Of a stretch of 32,000 nt of DNA, positions 22,074 through 30,636 are shown one piece after another. The notes under the pieces are model-generated. The model saw only the letters and a program-made list of their open reading frames with translations. It was not told the origin of the DNA and searched no databases. The stretch comes from Pseudothioglobus sp. nBUS_23 (lineage in GTDB: Bacteria > Pseudomonadota > Gammaproteobacteria > PS1 > Pseudothioglobaceae), in NCBI RefSeq assembly GCF_051201565.1, contig NZ_CP179200.1:990001-1022000 (forward strand). The letters run 5' to 3'. Position numbers and translations under genes: made by a program. How positions within the stretch are numbered: the first letter of the stretch is position 1; each line of letters begins with the position of its first letter.

Positions 22074-23999
22074 TTAAACTGAAATTCCTGACGCTTTCAA
22101 TAATCCATCCATTTTTGGCTGACTTCCCCTAAAGCTAACATACTGCTCCATAAAATCAAGACTCCCACCAATCTCAAGAATTTGAGCTCTGAAATCGCTA
22201 GAAGTTTTAGAACCAATGCCTCCATTTTCCCTTACATACTCATACGCATCAGCTGCCAGCACTTCAGCCCATTTATAGCTAAAGTAGCCGGCTGCATAGC
22301 CGCCACTGAAGATATGTGAGAATGCATTTAAAAATCTGTTCTCTTTAACAACTGGAATTAATGAAGTCTTTGCCCTAACCTCTTCAAGGATGTCATAAGT
22401 ATCAGCATCAGAAATATGAGTCTTCATATCCCACAAGGCAAACTCACACTGCCTTAACATCTGCAGACCTGACTGAAAGTTTTTTGAATCAATTACCTTT
22501 AGAAATAATTCATCAGGGAGCTTTTCTCCAGTTTTCCAATGGCCCGATATCAAGTCAATAACCTCTCTCTCATAACAGAAATTCTCCATATATTGACTGG
22601 GAAGCTCAACCCCATCCCAAGGAACGCCGCTAATTCCAGCTGCACAAGGGAATTGAACTTTCGTTAATAGGTGATGAAGTGCATGACCAAATTCGTGAAA
22701 AATAGTGACAATTTCATCGAAATCAAATAGGGCAGGCTTACCCTCGGAAGGTGAATTCAAATTACAAACAACAAAAGCAACTGGCAAAGAATCTTTGTAA
22801 AGACCCTGATAATCTGACATCCAGGCACCGCCGCGCTTATTTTCCCTGGCATAGACATCCAAATAAATTCTGCCAATAAGCGCATCATTTTCGTGAAGCT
22901 CGATTACCCTTACATCTTCATGATAAGATTTCTCATCAATTTCAGTTAACTCAACTCCATAGAGATTCTCAATAGTCTTAAACAGGCCATTGAATACACT
23001 TTTTTCAGGAAAGTATGGCTTTAGATCAGAACTCTTAAAGTTAAATTTTTTCTGTTTTAATTTTTCTGAAAAATACATTAAATCCCATGGCATCAGCTCA
23101 TGACCTGCGAAGTCTTGAAGCTCTTTTAATTCTGACTGGGCTTGAGGCAAAGACAGATCTATTAGTTTTTCCAGGAAATCCACAACTGCATCTGGGGAAT
23201 CAACCATTTTTGATTCAACTGAATATTCCGCATAATTTGAAAATCCTACCAGCTGAGAGAGCTCTGACCTTAGCTCTAAGATTTCATCCATTATTTTGCG
23301 ATTATCAAAATCCTTCGAAGTAATTCCAACATCAGAAGCTCTAGAAATGTATGCCTTGTATACCTCTTCTCTTAGCTCCCTATAGTCAGCATATGTCATT
23401 AAATCAATATAAACAGGCACCTGAAGACTGATCTCGTAATTTTCTCCCACTCTAACTTTAGATAATTCATTCTCTCCAAAGCCCTTTAGATCTGAAACAG
23501 ACACAGTCTTTTTCCATGAGTTTGTTGCTTGCAGAACATTTTTAGAGAAATTATTACTGAGTATGCTTAACTGCTCCTTAATTTCTTTGAAACGAGAAGA
23601 TTTGACTCCATCAAGTGCAACACCAGAGAGCTCAAAGCTGCGTAAAGATTCTTTTACTATGTGCTTTTGCTGCTTACTTAATTTGGTTTCTTTCACCCTA
23701 CTAAAAGCTTTATATAATTCTTTATTCGCTCCCAAATCACTGTAGTAGTTTGAAATTAAAGGCAGTGTTTTTTCATACTGTTTATTGAAGTCATCAGAAA
23801 ACATGACTGAATTAAGATGAGAGTTAACACTCATTTCTTTACCAATATGATGCTCAGCTTTATCCAGAACATCAATCACACTCTCCCAATCTTTGCCCTG
23901 ACTTGCAAGAGAGGATTGTGCCTCTCCTAAATTAATAGCTTTACTGATACTATTTACAATATTTTTGGGTTTAAAATTTGGAGAGAGGTCTGATTGCAT
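22074..23999 (-). CDS. prlC: oligopeptidase A (M3 family zinc metallopeptidase)
   Basis: 641 aa with the zinc site HEFGHALHH. By eye it is colinear with E. coli PrlC (YARENKRGGAWM, GKPALF, SGVPWDGVELPSQ, GGYAAGYFSYKWAEVLAADA). Confidence 0.9.
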   Translation of the reverse strand: MQSDLSPNFKPKNIVNSISKAINLGEAQSSLASQGKDWESVIDVLDKAEHHIGKEMSVNSHLNSVMFSDDFNKQYEKTLPLISNYYSDLGANKELYKAFSRVKETKLSKQQKHIVKESLRSFELSGVALDGVKSSRFKEIKEQLSILSNNFSKNVLQATNSWKKTVSVSDLKGFGENELSKVRVGENYEISLQVPVYIDLMTYADYRELREEVYKAYISRASDVGITSKDFDNRKIMDEILELRSELSQLVGFSNYAEYSVESKMVDSPDAVVDFLEKLIDLSLPQAQSELKELQDFAGHELMPWDLMYFSEKLKQKKFNFKSSDLKPYFPEKSVFNGLFKTIENLYGVELTEIDEKSYHEDVRVIELHENDALIGRIYLDVYARENKRGGAWMSDYQGLYKDSLPVAFVVCNLNSPSEGKPALFDFDEIVTIFHEFGHALHHLLTKVQFPCAAGISGVPWDGVELPSQYMENFCYEREVIDLISGHWKTGEKLPDELFLKVIDSKNFQSGLQMLRQCEFALWDMKTHISDADTYDILEEVRAKTSLIPVVKENRFLNAFSHIFSGGYAAGYFSYKWAEVLAADAYEYVRENGGIGSKTSSDFRAQILEIGGSLDFMEQYVSFRGSQPKMDGLLKASGISV

Positions 24000-24119
24000 A
24001 CAAACGTTAGGATTTAATAAAAAACAATCATTTTAAAATAAGATATTTAAAAGTAAATGAATTTTAGAAGTTGATTAAAAAAAGATTAGGTGAAGCTAAT
24101 TCCGATAGGCAAAGATGAG

Positions 24120-25085
24120 TTAGGTATCTTGCCTGTTTGGAATAATAACCTCATACCCTTTCTCCTCCGGCTCATCATCGACCATTTCGGGTGGGAAACC
24201 AACTCCCAGAACATCTACATTAGCCCTTTCCTCGAGTCTTTTGATAATATTTGGAGAGAGCTCTCTGGGTCCATAACGCTCCTCTCCATCCTTAAAAATA
24301 TCAACTATCATTGGGGCAACTTCTAAACCAAGCCCTTTGCGCTCAGCCAACTCATTAAAAATACCTACATCCTTTGAAACTAAATCCATAGTAAAACTTA
24401 TGTCTCTACTTCCATTTAAGATAACCTGTGACTCTGTTTCATGAACAAAAGAGTTGCCTGAGGAAGCTTTGATAGCCTCGTAAGTTACATTCATATCCAT
24501 ACCCAAAACTTTCATTGTTGTGAGGGCTTCTGAAATCGATACAAGGTTCACTGTAGCAAGATAATTAGTCATTACTTTTAATGTTGAAGCTGTTCCTAAA
24601 TCACCGGTATGAAGAACTCTTCTTCCCATTGTCTTTAAAATCGGAAGTGCCTTTTCGAAAGCTTCACGTTTACAACCTGCAAATATTGAAATGTTTCCTG
24701 TGTCAGCTCTATGACAACCCCCAGATACAGGGCAGTCGACTGGTAAAGCACCTTTTGATTCAACTAGTAAACCTATTCGTCTGATTTCTGCTTCATCAGT
24801 TGTGCTCATCTCAAGCCAAATCTTTCCACTGCTTAGGCCCGCTATAATGCCATTTTTTGACTCCATAACCTCTGAGCAAGCTTTCGGCGAAGGCAGGCAA
24901 GTTATAACAATATCGCAAAGCTCAGCCATTTCCTTTGGAGAGTCAATTGTCGATGCTCCTCGTGCTACAAATTCATTAACTAAAGAATCGTTTAAATCTC
25001 TAACTGTAAGGTCAAAACCATTCCTTAAAAGACTGCCAGCAAGCTTACCTCCTGCATTGCCTAGGCCAATAAATCCTACTTTCAT
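24120..25085 (-). CDS. NAD-dependent beta-hydroxyacid dehydrogenase (3-hydroxyisobutyrate / tartronate-semialdehyde reductase family)
   Basis: 321 aa with an N-terminal Rossmann motif (MKVGFIGLGNAGGKLA) and Asp at the end of beta2 (TVRDLN), which suggests NAD. The catalytic-Lys region is GTASTLKVMTNYL. It carries an acidic C-terminal extension of about 25-30 aa. The substrate is unknown. Confidence 0.8.
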   Translation of the reverse strand: MKVGFIGLGNAGGKLAGSLLRNGFDLTVRDLNDSLVNEFVARGASTIDSPKEMAELCDIVITCLPSPKACSEVMESKNGIIAGLSSGKIWLEMSTTDEAEIRRIGLLVESKGALPVDCPVSGGCHRADTGNISIFAGCKREAFEKALPILKTMGRRVLHTGDLGTASTLKVMTNYLATVNLVSISEALTTMKVLGMDMNVTYEAIKASSGNSFVHETESQVILNGSRDISFTMDLVSKDVGIFNELAERKGLGLEVAPMIVDIFKDGEERYGPRELSPNIIKRLEERANVDVLGVGFPPEMVDDEPEEKGYEVIIPNRQDT

Positions 25086-25094
25086 GTAATTCTC

Positions 25095-26306
25095 CTAATT
25101 GCTAGATTCATCATCAACATAATAAGGCTTTTGATCCATTGAAAGATGAAGCTTTTTTCCTTTGTATGGGGAGTTTGACTCCACAACTTCAAAATTCAAT
25201 TCAATACCTAAGCCCGGCTTAGCTGAGGGAATTATGTTTCCATTATTCCAATTTATTGACTCAGTTAGAACTTCAGCATGAAAGCCTCCCCAAGTCATAA
25301 TACTTTCCATTATTAAAAAGTTAGGTGTTGCAGTAGAGAGCTGAATGCTCGCTGCAGCTCCAATAGGGCCGTTATATAGGTGCGGTGCAATTTGGGCATA
25401 ATAAACCTCTGCAATACTTGCAATTTTCTTTGCTTCAAGAATTCCACCTACTCGGCCTAGATTCATTTGAATGATTGAGGCTGCATTGTTTTTTAAAACA
25501 TCAAAAAATTCATACTTTGTGGTCAGCCTTTCACCAGTTGCAACTGGAATTTTAGTTTTTTTAGCCACCTGAGCCATTGCACTTGATTGACCAGGAGGAA
25601 CAGGCTCTTCAAACCAAAGAGGATCAAACCTTTCGAGTCTTTTTGCAAGCCTAACAGCTGACGCAGGTGTGAGCTGCCCATGGGTTCCAATAAGGATATC
25701 GCATTGATCTCCAACTGCCTCTCTAATTCTTTGACAATAGCTCTCGCTATGCTTTAACCGACTTAGAGATATTTGATGTCCAGAGTATGAAGAATAGGGT
25801 CCAGCTGGATCAAACTTAATGGCACTAAAGCCTTGTTGCATTAATTCGATAGCAGACTGGGCACCAAGCTCAGGATCTTCATAATTCAGTTCATCATTGT
25901 TATCCTTTGGATACAAATAGGTATAAGAGCGCAACTTTTCATGGACCTTTCCCCCTATAAGCTCATAAATTGGTTTATTTGCCTCTTTTCCAATTATGTC
26001 CCAACAAGCCATCTCAAGACCACTTAAAACGCCCATCATGGTTAAATCAGGCCTCTGAGTAAAGCCACTTGAGTAGCATTCACGATAGAAGCGTTCGACG
26101 TGATGAGGATCATGCCCTTTGAGATACCTCTCAAAAACGTCGCTAATCCCCTTGACAACAACCTCGGGATGAAAAGATGCTGAATAAACCTCTCCGATAC
26201 CTAATAATCCACATTTGGTCTCTATGGACAGAAAGATCCAATACATGCCGCCGATATGGGGCTTTGGTGTTGCAACAATATATGTATTTAATTTCTCAAC
26301 TTGCAT
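25095..26306 (-). CDS. enolase-superfamily protein, D-galactonate dehydratase (DgoD)-like / mandelate racemase family
   Basis: 403 aa, colinear by eye with remembered E. coli DgoD (LEMACWDIIGK, LWFEEP, PVATGER, IAPH, KPGLGIEL). It is atypical at two conserved acidic positions (see findings). It lies 9 nt upstream of the dehydrogenase gene. Confidence 0.8.
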   Translation of the reverse strand: MQVEKLNTYIVATPKPHIGGMYWIFLSIETKCGLLGIGEVYSASFHPEVVVKGISDVFERYLKGHDPHHVERFYRECYSSGFTQRPDLTMMGVLSGLEMACWDIIGKEANKPIYELIGGKVHEKLRSYTYLYPKDNNDELNYEDPELGAQSAIELMQQGFSAIKFDPAGPYSSYSGHQISLSRLKHSESYCQRIREAVGDQCDILIGTHGQLTPASAVRLAKRLERFDPLWFEEPVPPGQSSAMAQVAKKTKIPVATGERLTTKYEFFDVLKNNAASIIQMNLGRVGGILEAKKIASIAEVYYAQIAPHLYNGPIGAAASIQLSTATPNFLIMESIMTWGGFHAEVLTESINWNNGNIIPSAKPGLGIELNFEVVESNSPYKGKKLHLSMDQKPYYVDDESSN

Positions 26307-26391
26307 CTAAGATAAAAATAACTTGAGGATGAGTTAATTTTTATACGGATTTAATCTAAGAATCAAGTTATATTTACATTAACTAGAAAAA

Positions 26392-28083
26392 TTAGAAATT
26401 TAATTCTCTCGTGGGCTTTGCGAGACGTTGTAATTTTTTCCAATTTGAGTCAATCCAAACATTGACATTACTTGATTTTAAAGGTTTTTTTCCAATAACA
26501 GAATCAGCCATTTTTTCAGCTAGCATTATTGTTGGTCCATTTAAATTACCATTTGGAATAGTTGGAAAAACTGATGAGTCAATAACTCTTAGGTTGTCTA
26601 TCCCAATTACTTGACCATCACTGTTCACAACAGCCATTGGATCATTGGATGAGCCCATCTTGCAGGAACATGATGGGTGATAAGCACTCTCAACATTTGC
26701 TCTCACCCATGCATCTATCTCATCATCACTTTTAACCTCAAGACCAGGGCTAGCCTCGCCGCCATTATATTCATCGAGAGCAGGTTGGCTTAGAATCTCT
26801 CTTGTTAGTCTTATGCAATCTCTCCAGTCTTGACGATCTTCCTCAGTCTCTAAGTAATTAAAAATTATCGAAGGCTTTGAAGAAGGGTCTGAGTTCTTTA
26901 TTCTTACATTTCCTCGACTACTCACTTTATTCACTCCTGCATGTACTTGGTATCCATGCCCTTTCATTGCGGCATTTCCGTCGTAGCGCATTGCAGCAGG
27001 GAGAAAGTGATATTGAATATTTGGCCACTCTATACCCGCTCTAGATCTAATAAAGCCGCAAGACTCAAAATGGTTTGTGGCTCCCAATCCTGTTTTTGCA
27101 AGTATCCATTGCACACCAATGAGACCTTTACTAAATAAGTTTAATTTACTATTTAGAGTAATAGGTTTTTTACAGTTATATTGAAAGTAAACCTCTAGAT
27201 GATCTTGAAGATTCTCACCTACACCAGGCAATTCATGCACTAGCTCAACACCCGCATTATTTAATACTTGTCTTGGTCCAATACCAGACAATTGAAGAAG
27301 TTGTGGTGAGCCGATAGAGCCTGCACAAAGCAAGACCTCTTTTTTTGCTTTTATAGTCTTTTTTCTTCCACTAACTGAATATTCAACTCCAGTAGCTTTT
27401 TTATTTTCAAGAATTACTCTTTCAACAAGAACGCCAGTTATTATCTTAAGGTTTGGCCTTTTTATTACCGGCTTGATGTAAGCATTTGAGGTTGAAGAGC
27501 GAACACCGTTGCCAACCGTCATATGCATAGGTCCAAAGCCCTCTTGCTGCTGACCATTGTAATCATTAGTTTCTGGATAACCTGCCTCCTTACCAGCATT
27601 TATAAATGCTTTGTATAGAGGGTTAAGCTTCATGTTATTTCCATTTGAAGTGGATAAAGGGCCACTTCCACCTCGGTATTCATTTTCGCCTTCATGCCAT
27701 GTTTCACAGCGCTTAAAGTAAGGCAAGCAGTCTTGAAATGACCACCCTTTTGCACCATGTCTTTCCCATTCATCAAAGTCTTTTGCATGACCTCGAACAT
27801 AAACCATGCCATTAATTGAGGAAGAACCTCCCATCACTCTCCCCCTAGGGCAATGCATTTTTCTATTGTCTAAAAAAGGTTCTGGCTCAGTATGAAACTG
27901 CCAAGCAAATTTATCAGTATTCATAGGATATGAAAGTGCTGTAGGCATTTGAATCATAATGTTTTTGTCACTGCCTCCATTTTCAAGAAGGATGACATTA
28001 TGTTCTCCAGATTCACTCAACCTATTCGCCAAAACACAGCCAGCTGAACCTGCTCCCACAATAATAAAATCGTAATTATTCAT
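26392..28083 (-). CDS. betA: choline dehydrogenase BetA (GMC oxidoreductase)
   Basis: 563 aa with the FAD motif [19 protein letters not shown]. By eye it shares long identical stretches with E. coli BetA ([40 protein letters not shown]). Confidence 0.9.
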   Translation of the reverse strand: MNNYDFIIVGAGSAGCVLANRLSESGEHNVILLENGGSDKNIMIQMPTALSYPMNTDKFAWQFHTEPEPFLDNRKMHCPRGRVMGGSSSINGMVYVRGHAKDFDEWERHGAKGWSFQDCLPYFKRCETWHEGENEYRGGSGPLSTSNGNNMKLNPLYKAFINAGKEAGYPETNDYNGQQQEGFGPMHMTVGNGVRSSTSNAYIKPVIKRPNLKIITGVLVERVILENKKATGVEYSVSGRKKTIKAKKEVLLCAGSIGSPQLLQLSGIGPRQVLNNAGVELVHELPGVGENLQDHLEVYFQYNCKKPITLNSKLNLFSKGLIGVQWILAKTGLGATNHFESCGFIRSRAGIEWPNIQYHFLPAAMRYDGNAAMKGHGYQVHAGVNKVSSRGNVRIKNSDPSSKPSIIFNYLETEEDRQDWRDCIRLTREILSQPALDEYNGGEASPGLEVKSDDEIDAWVRANVESAYHPSCSCKMGSSNDPMAVVNSDGQVIGIDNLRVIDSSVFPTIPNGNLNGPTIMLAEKMADSVIGKKPLKSSNVNVWIDSNWKKLQRLAKPTRELNF

Positions 28084-28104
28084 AATCTCTAAAAACTCAT
28101 AATT

Positions 28105-29559
28105 TTAATAAGGACTATCGACATTATTAAGTCGAACAAAAACACTTTTTAGCTGGGTATAGCTTTTGAGAGTTTCTGGGCCGTTTTCACGCCCAATACC
28201 TGACTCCTTGTAACCCCCAACTGGCATTTCTGCTGGCGAATCTCCCCAGCTATTAATCCAACAAATACCTGCTTGCAATTGATTAATCACTCTATGAGCT
28301 CGACTGATGTCTTGAGTAAAGACACCTGCAGCTAAACCAAACTTTGTATCATTTGCTCTGTCAATCACTTCTGACTCATCATTAAAACGCAATACTGACA
28401 TTACTGGACCAAAAATTTCATCTATTGCATTGGGATCTTTGTCATCACAATCAGCAAAAATCGTTGGCTCAACAAAGAAACCATTTTTTGTTTCATCAGA
28501 AATGAATCGATTTCCTCCAATCATAAGTTTAGAATTAGTTTTTTTGGCTTCTTCAATATAACCCATAACTTTATCAAGATGCTCTTGACTGATGAGTGCA
28601 CCCATTTGAGTATCAGGATTTAATGGGTTACCAATTATTATATTTTTACTTCGCTCGCAGGCGAGCTCAAGAAACCTATCATAAATTTCTGATTGCACAA
28701 AAACCCTCGTTCCATTTGTACAAATTTCACCCTGTGTATAGAAGTTTGCCAAAAGTGCTCCAGAAACTGCATTATCTAGATTTGCATCATTAAATATAAT
28801 CAAAGGTGACTTACCTCCCAATTCAAGGGTGACCTCTTTGAGGGTTCCCGAGGCATCAGACATGACTTTCTTTCCGGTGCCGCTTTCACCTGTAAAGGAT
28901 ACTTTCGCTACTCTCGGATGTCTTGTCAAGTATTGACCAACTCTGTAATCGCCCTGAACAACGTTGAATACACCATCTGGCATACCCGCTTCAGTGTATA
29001 TTTCAGCCAGCTTTAAAACGCTTAAAGGCGTTTCCTCGGATGGCTTAAACACCATTGAGTTTCCTGCAGCAAGGCAAGCGGCTGATTTCCAACAGGCGAT
29101 TTGAATTGGGTAATTCCATGCACCAATGCCAACACAAACCCCCAAAGGCTCTCTCTTAGAAATAAAAAACGTATCGGAGTCTAGGTCTTGTTGAGAGCCC
29201 TGCATTGCAGGCGCTAGACCAGCGAAATACTCAATGACATCAGCCCCAGTCTGAATGTCAACACAGTTTGCCTCCTGAAGTGGTTTTCCACAATCTATCA
29301 CTTCAAGTTCAGCGAGCTCATCATTCCTATCTCTAAGAATTTTAACCGCTTTAAGTAAAATTCTGCTTCTCTCAAAAGCAGTCATCTGACTCCATTCAGT
29401 GAATCCTTTTTCGGCAGATAATATCGCCTTCTCAACATCATCCTCACTTGCTTGACCAATCGTTGCAATTACTTCACCAGTCGCAGGATTAATCGAGTTA
29501 AAGCTTTCTTTAGAAGAGGACTCAATATAGTCACCGTGAATATATAAATGCGCTGTCAT
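28105..29559 (-). CDS. betB: betaine-aldehyde dehydrogenase BetB
   Basis: 484 aa, colinear by eye with E. coli BetB ([64 protein letters not shown]). Confidence 0.9.
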   Translation of the reverse strand: MTAHLYIHGDYIESSSKESFNSINPATGEVIATIGQASEDDVEKAILSAEKGFTEWSQMTAFERSRILLKAVKILRDRNDELAELEVIDCGKPLQEANCVDIQTGADVIEYFAGLAPAMQGSQQDLDSDTFFISKREPLGVCVGIGAWNYPIQIACWKSAACLAAGNSMVFKPSEETPLSVLKLAEIYTEAGMPDGVFNVVQGDYRVGQYLTRHPRVAKVSFTGESGTGKKVMSDASGTLKEVTLELGGKSPLIIFNDANLDNAVSGALLANFYTQGEICTNGTRVFVQSEIYDRFLELACERSKNIIIGNPLNPDTQMGALISQEHLDKVMGYIEEAKKTNSKLMIGGNRFISDETKNGFFVEPTIFADCDDKDPNAIDEIFGPVMSVLRFNDESEVIDRANDTKFGLAAGVFTQDISRAHRVINQLQAGICWINSWGDSPAEMPVGGYKESGIGRENGPETLKSYTQLKSVFVRLNNVDSPY

Positions 29560-29614
29560 AATTATTTTTAAATTAAAGAGTAATCAATGAAGTATTAACT
29601 AGCAATAATGATAC

Positions 29615-29634
29615 ATATGAAATTTATATGAAAT
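29615..29634 (-). promoter_or_regulatory. exact 9-nt direct repeat ATTTCATAT x2 in 11-bp register overlapping the putative betB -10; candidate operator
   Basis: The minus strand reads ATTTCATAT (29634-29626), then AA, then ATTTCATAT (29623-29615). I read this directly from the sequence. Confidence 0.35.
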
Positions 29635-29650
29635 AGTAAATAATTGACAA
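29623..29650 (-). promoter_or_regulatory. candidate sigma70 promoter for betB-betA
   Basis: The minus strand reads TTGTCA (29650-29645), then a 16-nt spacer, then TATAAA (29628-29623). It lies about 64 nt upstream of the betB ATG. AT-rich context makes -10-like hexamers common, so confidence is moderate to low. Confidence 0.4.
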
Positions 29651-29722
29651 TAAAAAGGCTGAAAAAGAGATACAAATAATAGAATATAAAGTAAATTTTA
29701 CTTAGTCCCAAATGATTTTTTA

Positions 29723-30424
29723 CTAAGGCATCACAATGTTTTTGAGCTGATCTTTGAGAAGATTTAAGAGTATTGATTTTTGCTTTTCATTAAAGCGAGT
29801 AATAGGCCCTGAAACTACAATTGCTCCGACAAACTTATCACTGTTAGAGAGCACTGGGACAGCAAGCGCAAATAGAGATGGGTTATGTTCATTAATTGAT
29901 AGGTAATAGCCCTTATCTCTAATATCCTTATAAAACCCCTTTTTATCTTTATTGCGTTTACCATAAGCCAAAATAATTCGACCAGAAGCTCCTCGATTTA
30001 GATCTAATCTTGAGCCTTGCTCTATGTTGTGCCTTATTTCGTCTCTAGAGTGTGCCCTATAAAGGCAAATACGCTTATCATCCTCTTCAACAAAAAATGA
30101 GGATGTTTCTCCAGATACATCTCTAATGAAGTCAACAATTGGTCTAATTTGCTCAAGATGATTACTTTGGGTATATATTGCACTTAAATATAAAGCTTGA
30201 GTTCCAACTACATAGTTTTTATTTTTCAGACGGGAAACATAGCCATAATCTTCAAGAGTAGAAAGAATACGATATGCAGTTGAAACGTTAAAGTTTAATT
30301 GTTCACAAATTTCTTTAATTGAAAATGAAGACTTATCTAACGAAAACATCGAAAGAATCTGTAGGCACTTTTCAATTGCATTATATTTTTTATCTATAGA
30401 TCTGGGTTTCATCTTTTTTTTCAT
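29723..30424 (-). CDS. IclR-family transcriptional regulator
   Basis: 233 aa. It has an N-terminal winged HTH (FSIKEICEQLNFNVSTAYRILSTLEDYGYV) and a C-terminal IclR effector domain (LAVPVL...GAIVVSGP). It is divergent from aceA and upstream of betB on the same strand. Confidence 0.85.
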   Translation of the reverse strand: MKKKMKPRSIDKKYNAIEKCLQILSMFSLDKSSFSIKEICEQLNFNVSTAYRILSTLEDYGYVSRLKNKNYVVGTQALYLSAIYTQSNHLEQIRPIVDFIRDVSGETSSFFVEEDDKRICLYRAHSRDEIRHNIEQGSRLDLNRGASGRIILAYGKRNKDKKGFYKDIRDKGYYLSINEHNPSLFALAVPVLSNSDKFVGAIVVSGPITRFNEKQKSILLNLLKDQLKNIVMP

Positions 30425-30455
30425 ATTATGAAATTTTAATATTATATAGTGAAAT
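30425..30455 (-). promoter_or_regulatory. two further ATTTCA(C/T) copies 21 bp apart bracketing a TATAAT immediately upstream of the IclR-family gene; candidate autoregulatory site
   Basis: The minus strand reads ATTTCACTATATAAT (30455-30441), then ATTAAA, then ATTTCATAAT (30434-30425), then the ATG. Confidence 0.3.
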
Positions 30456-30636
30456 AAATAAATTATCTTAAAACAACATCGGTATTATTCAAATCAGTCA
30501 ATTAAGTTGTTTTTTCAAGAAGTTAGATTAAACATTATAAGCCTTGTTGCTTTCAAAAAACTGACCTAGGTATCAAAAAGTTAAGTTCTTAAATTTTGAT
30601 TTAAGATTACAAAAAAATGAAAAAAGGAGAAAAAAT

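Noticed and set aside
21853-22077. A + strand 74-aa ORF overlaps the small minus-strand ORF and the prlC 3' end.
   Set aside because: The sequence is Ile/Leu-rich and low in complexity. It runs into the prlC stop region and is less protein-like than the minus-strand alternative.
22074-30424. The strand switch and accessory-type genes at 22-30 kb might mark a genomic island or mobile element.
   Set aside because: I saw no integrase or transposase, no flanking tRNA, no direct repeats at the boundaries and no obvious compositional break by eye. prlC is a core gene.
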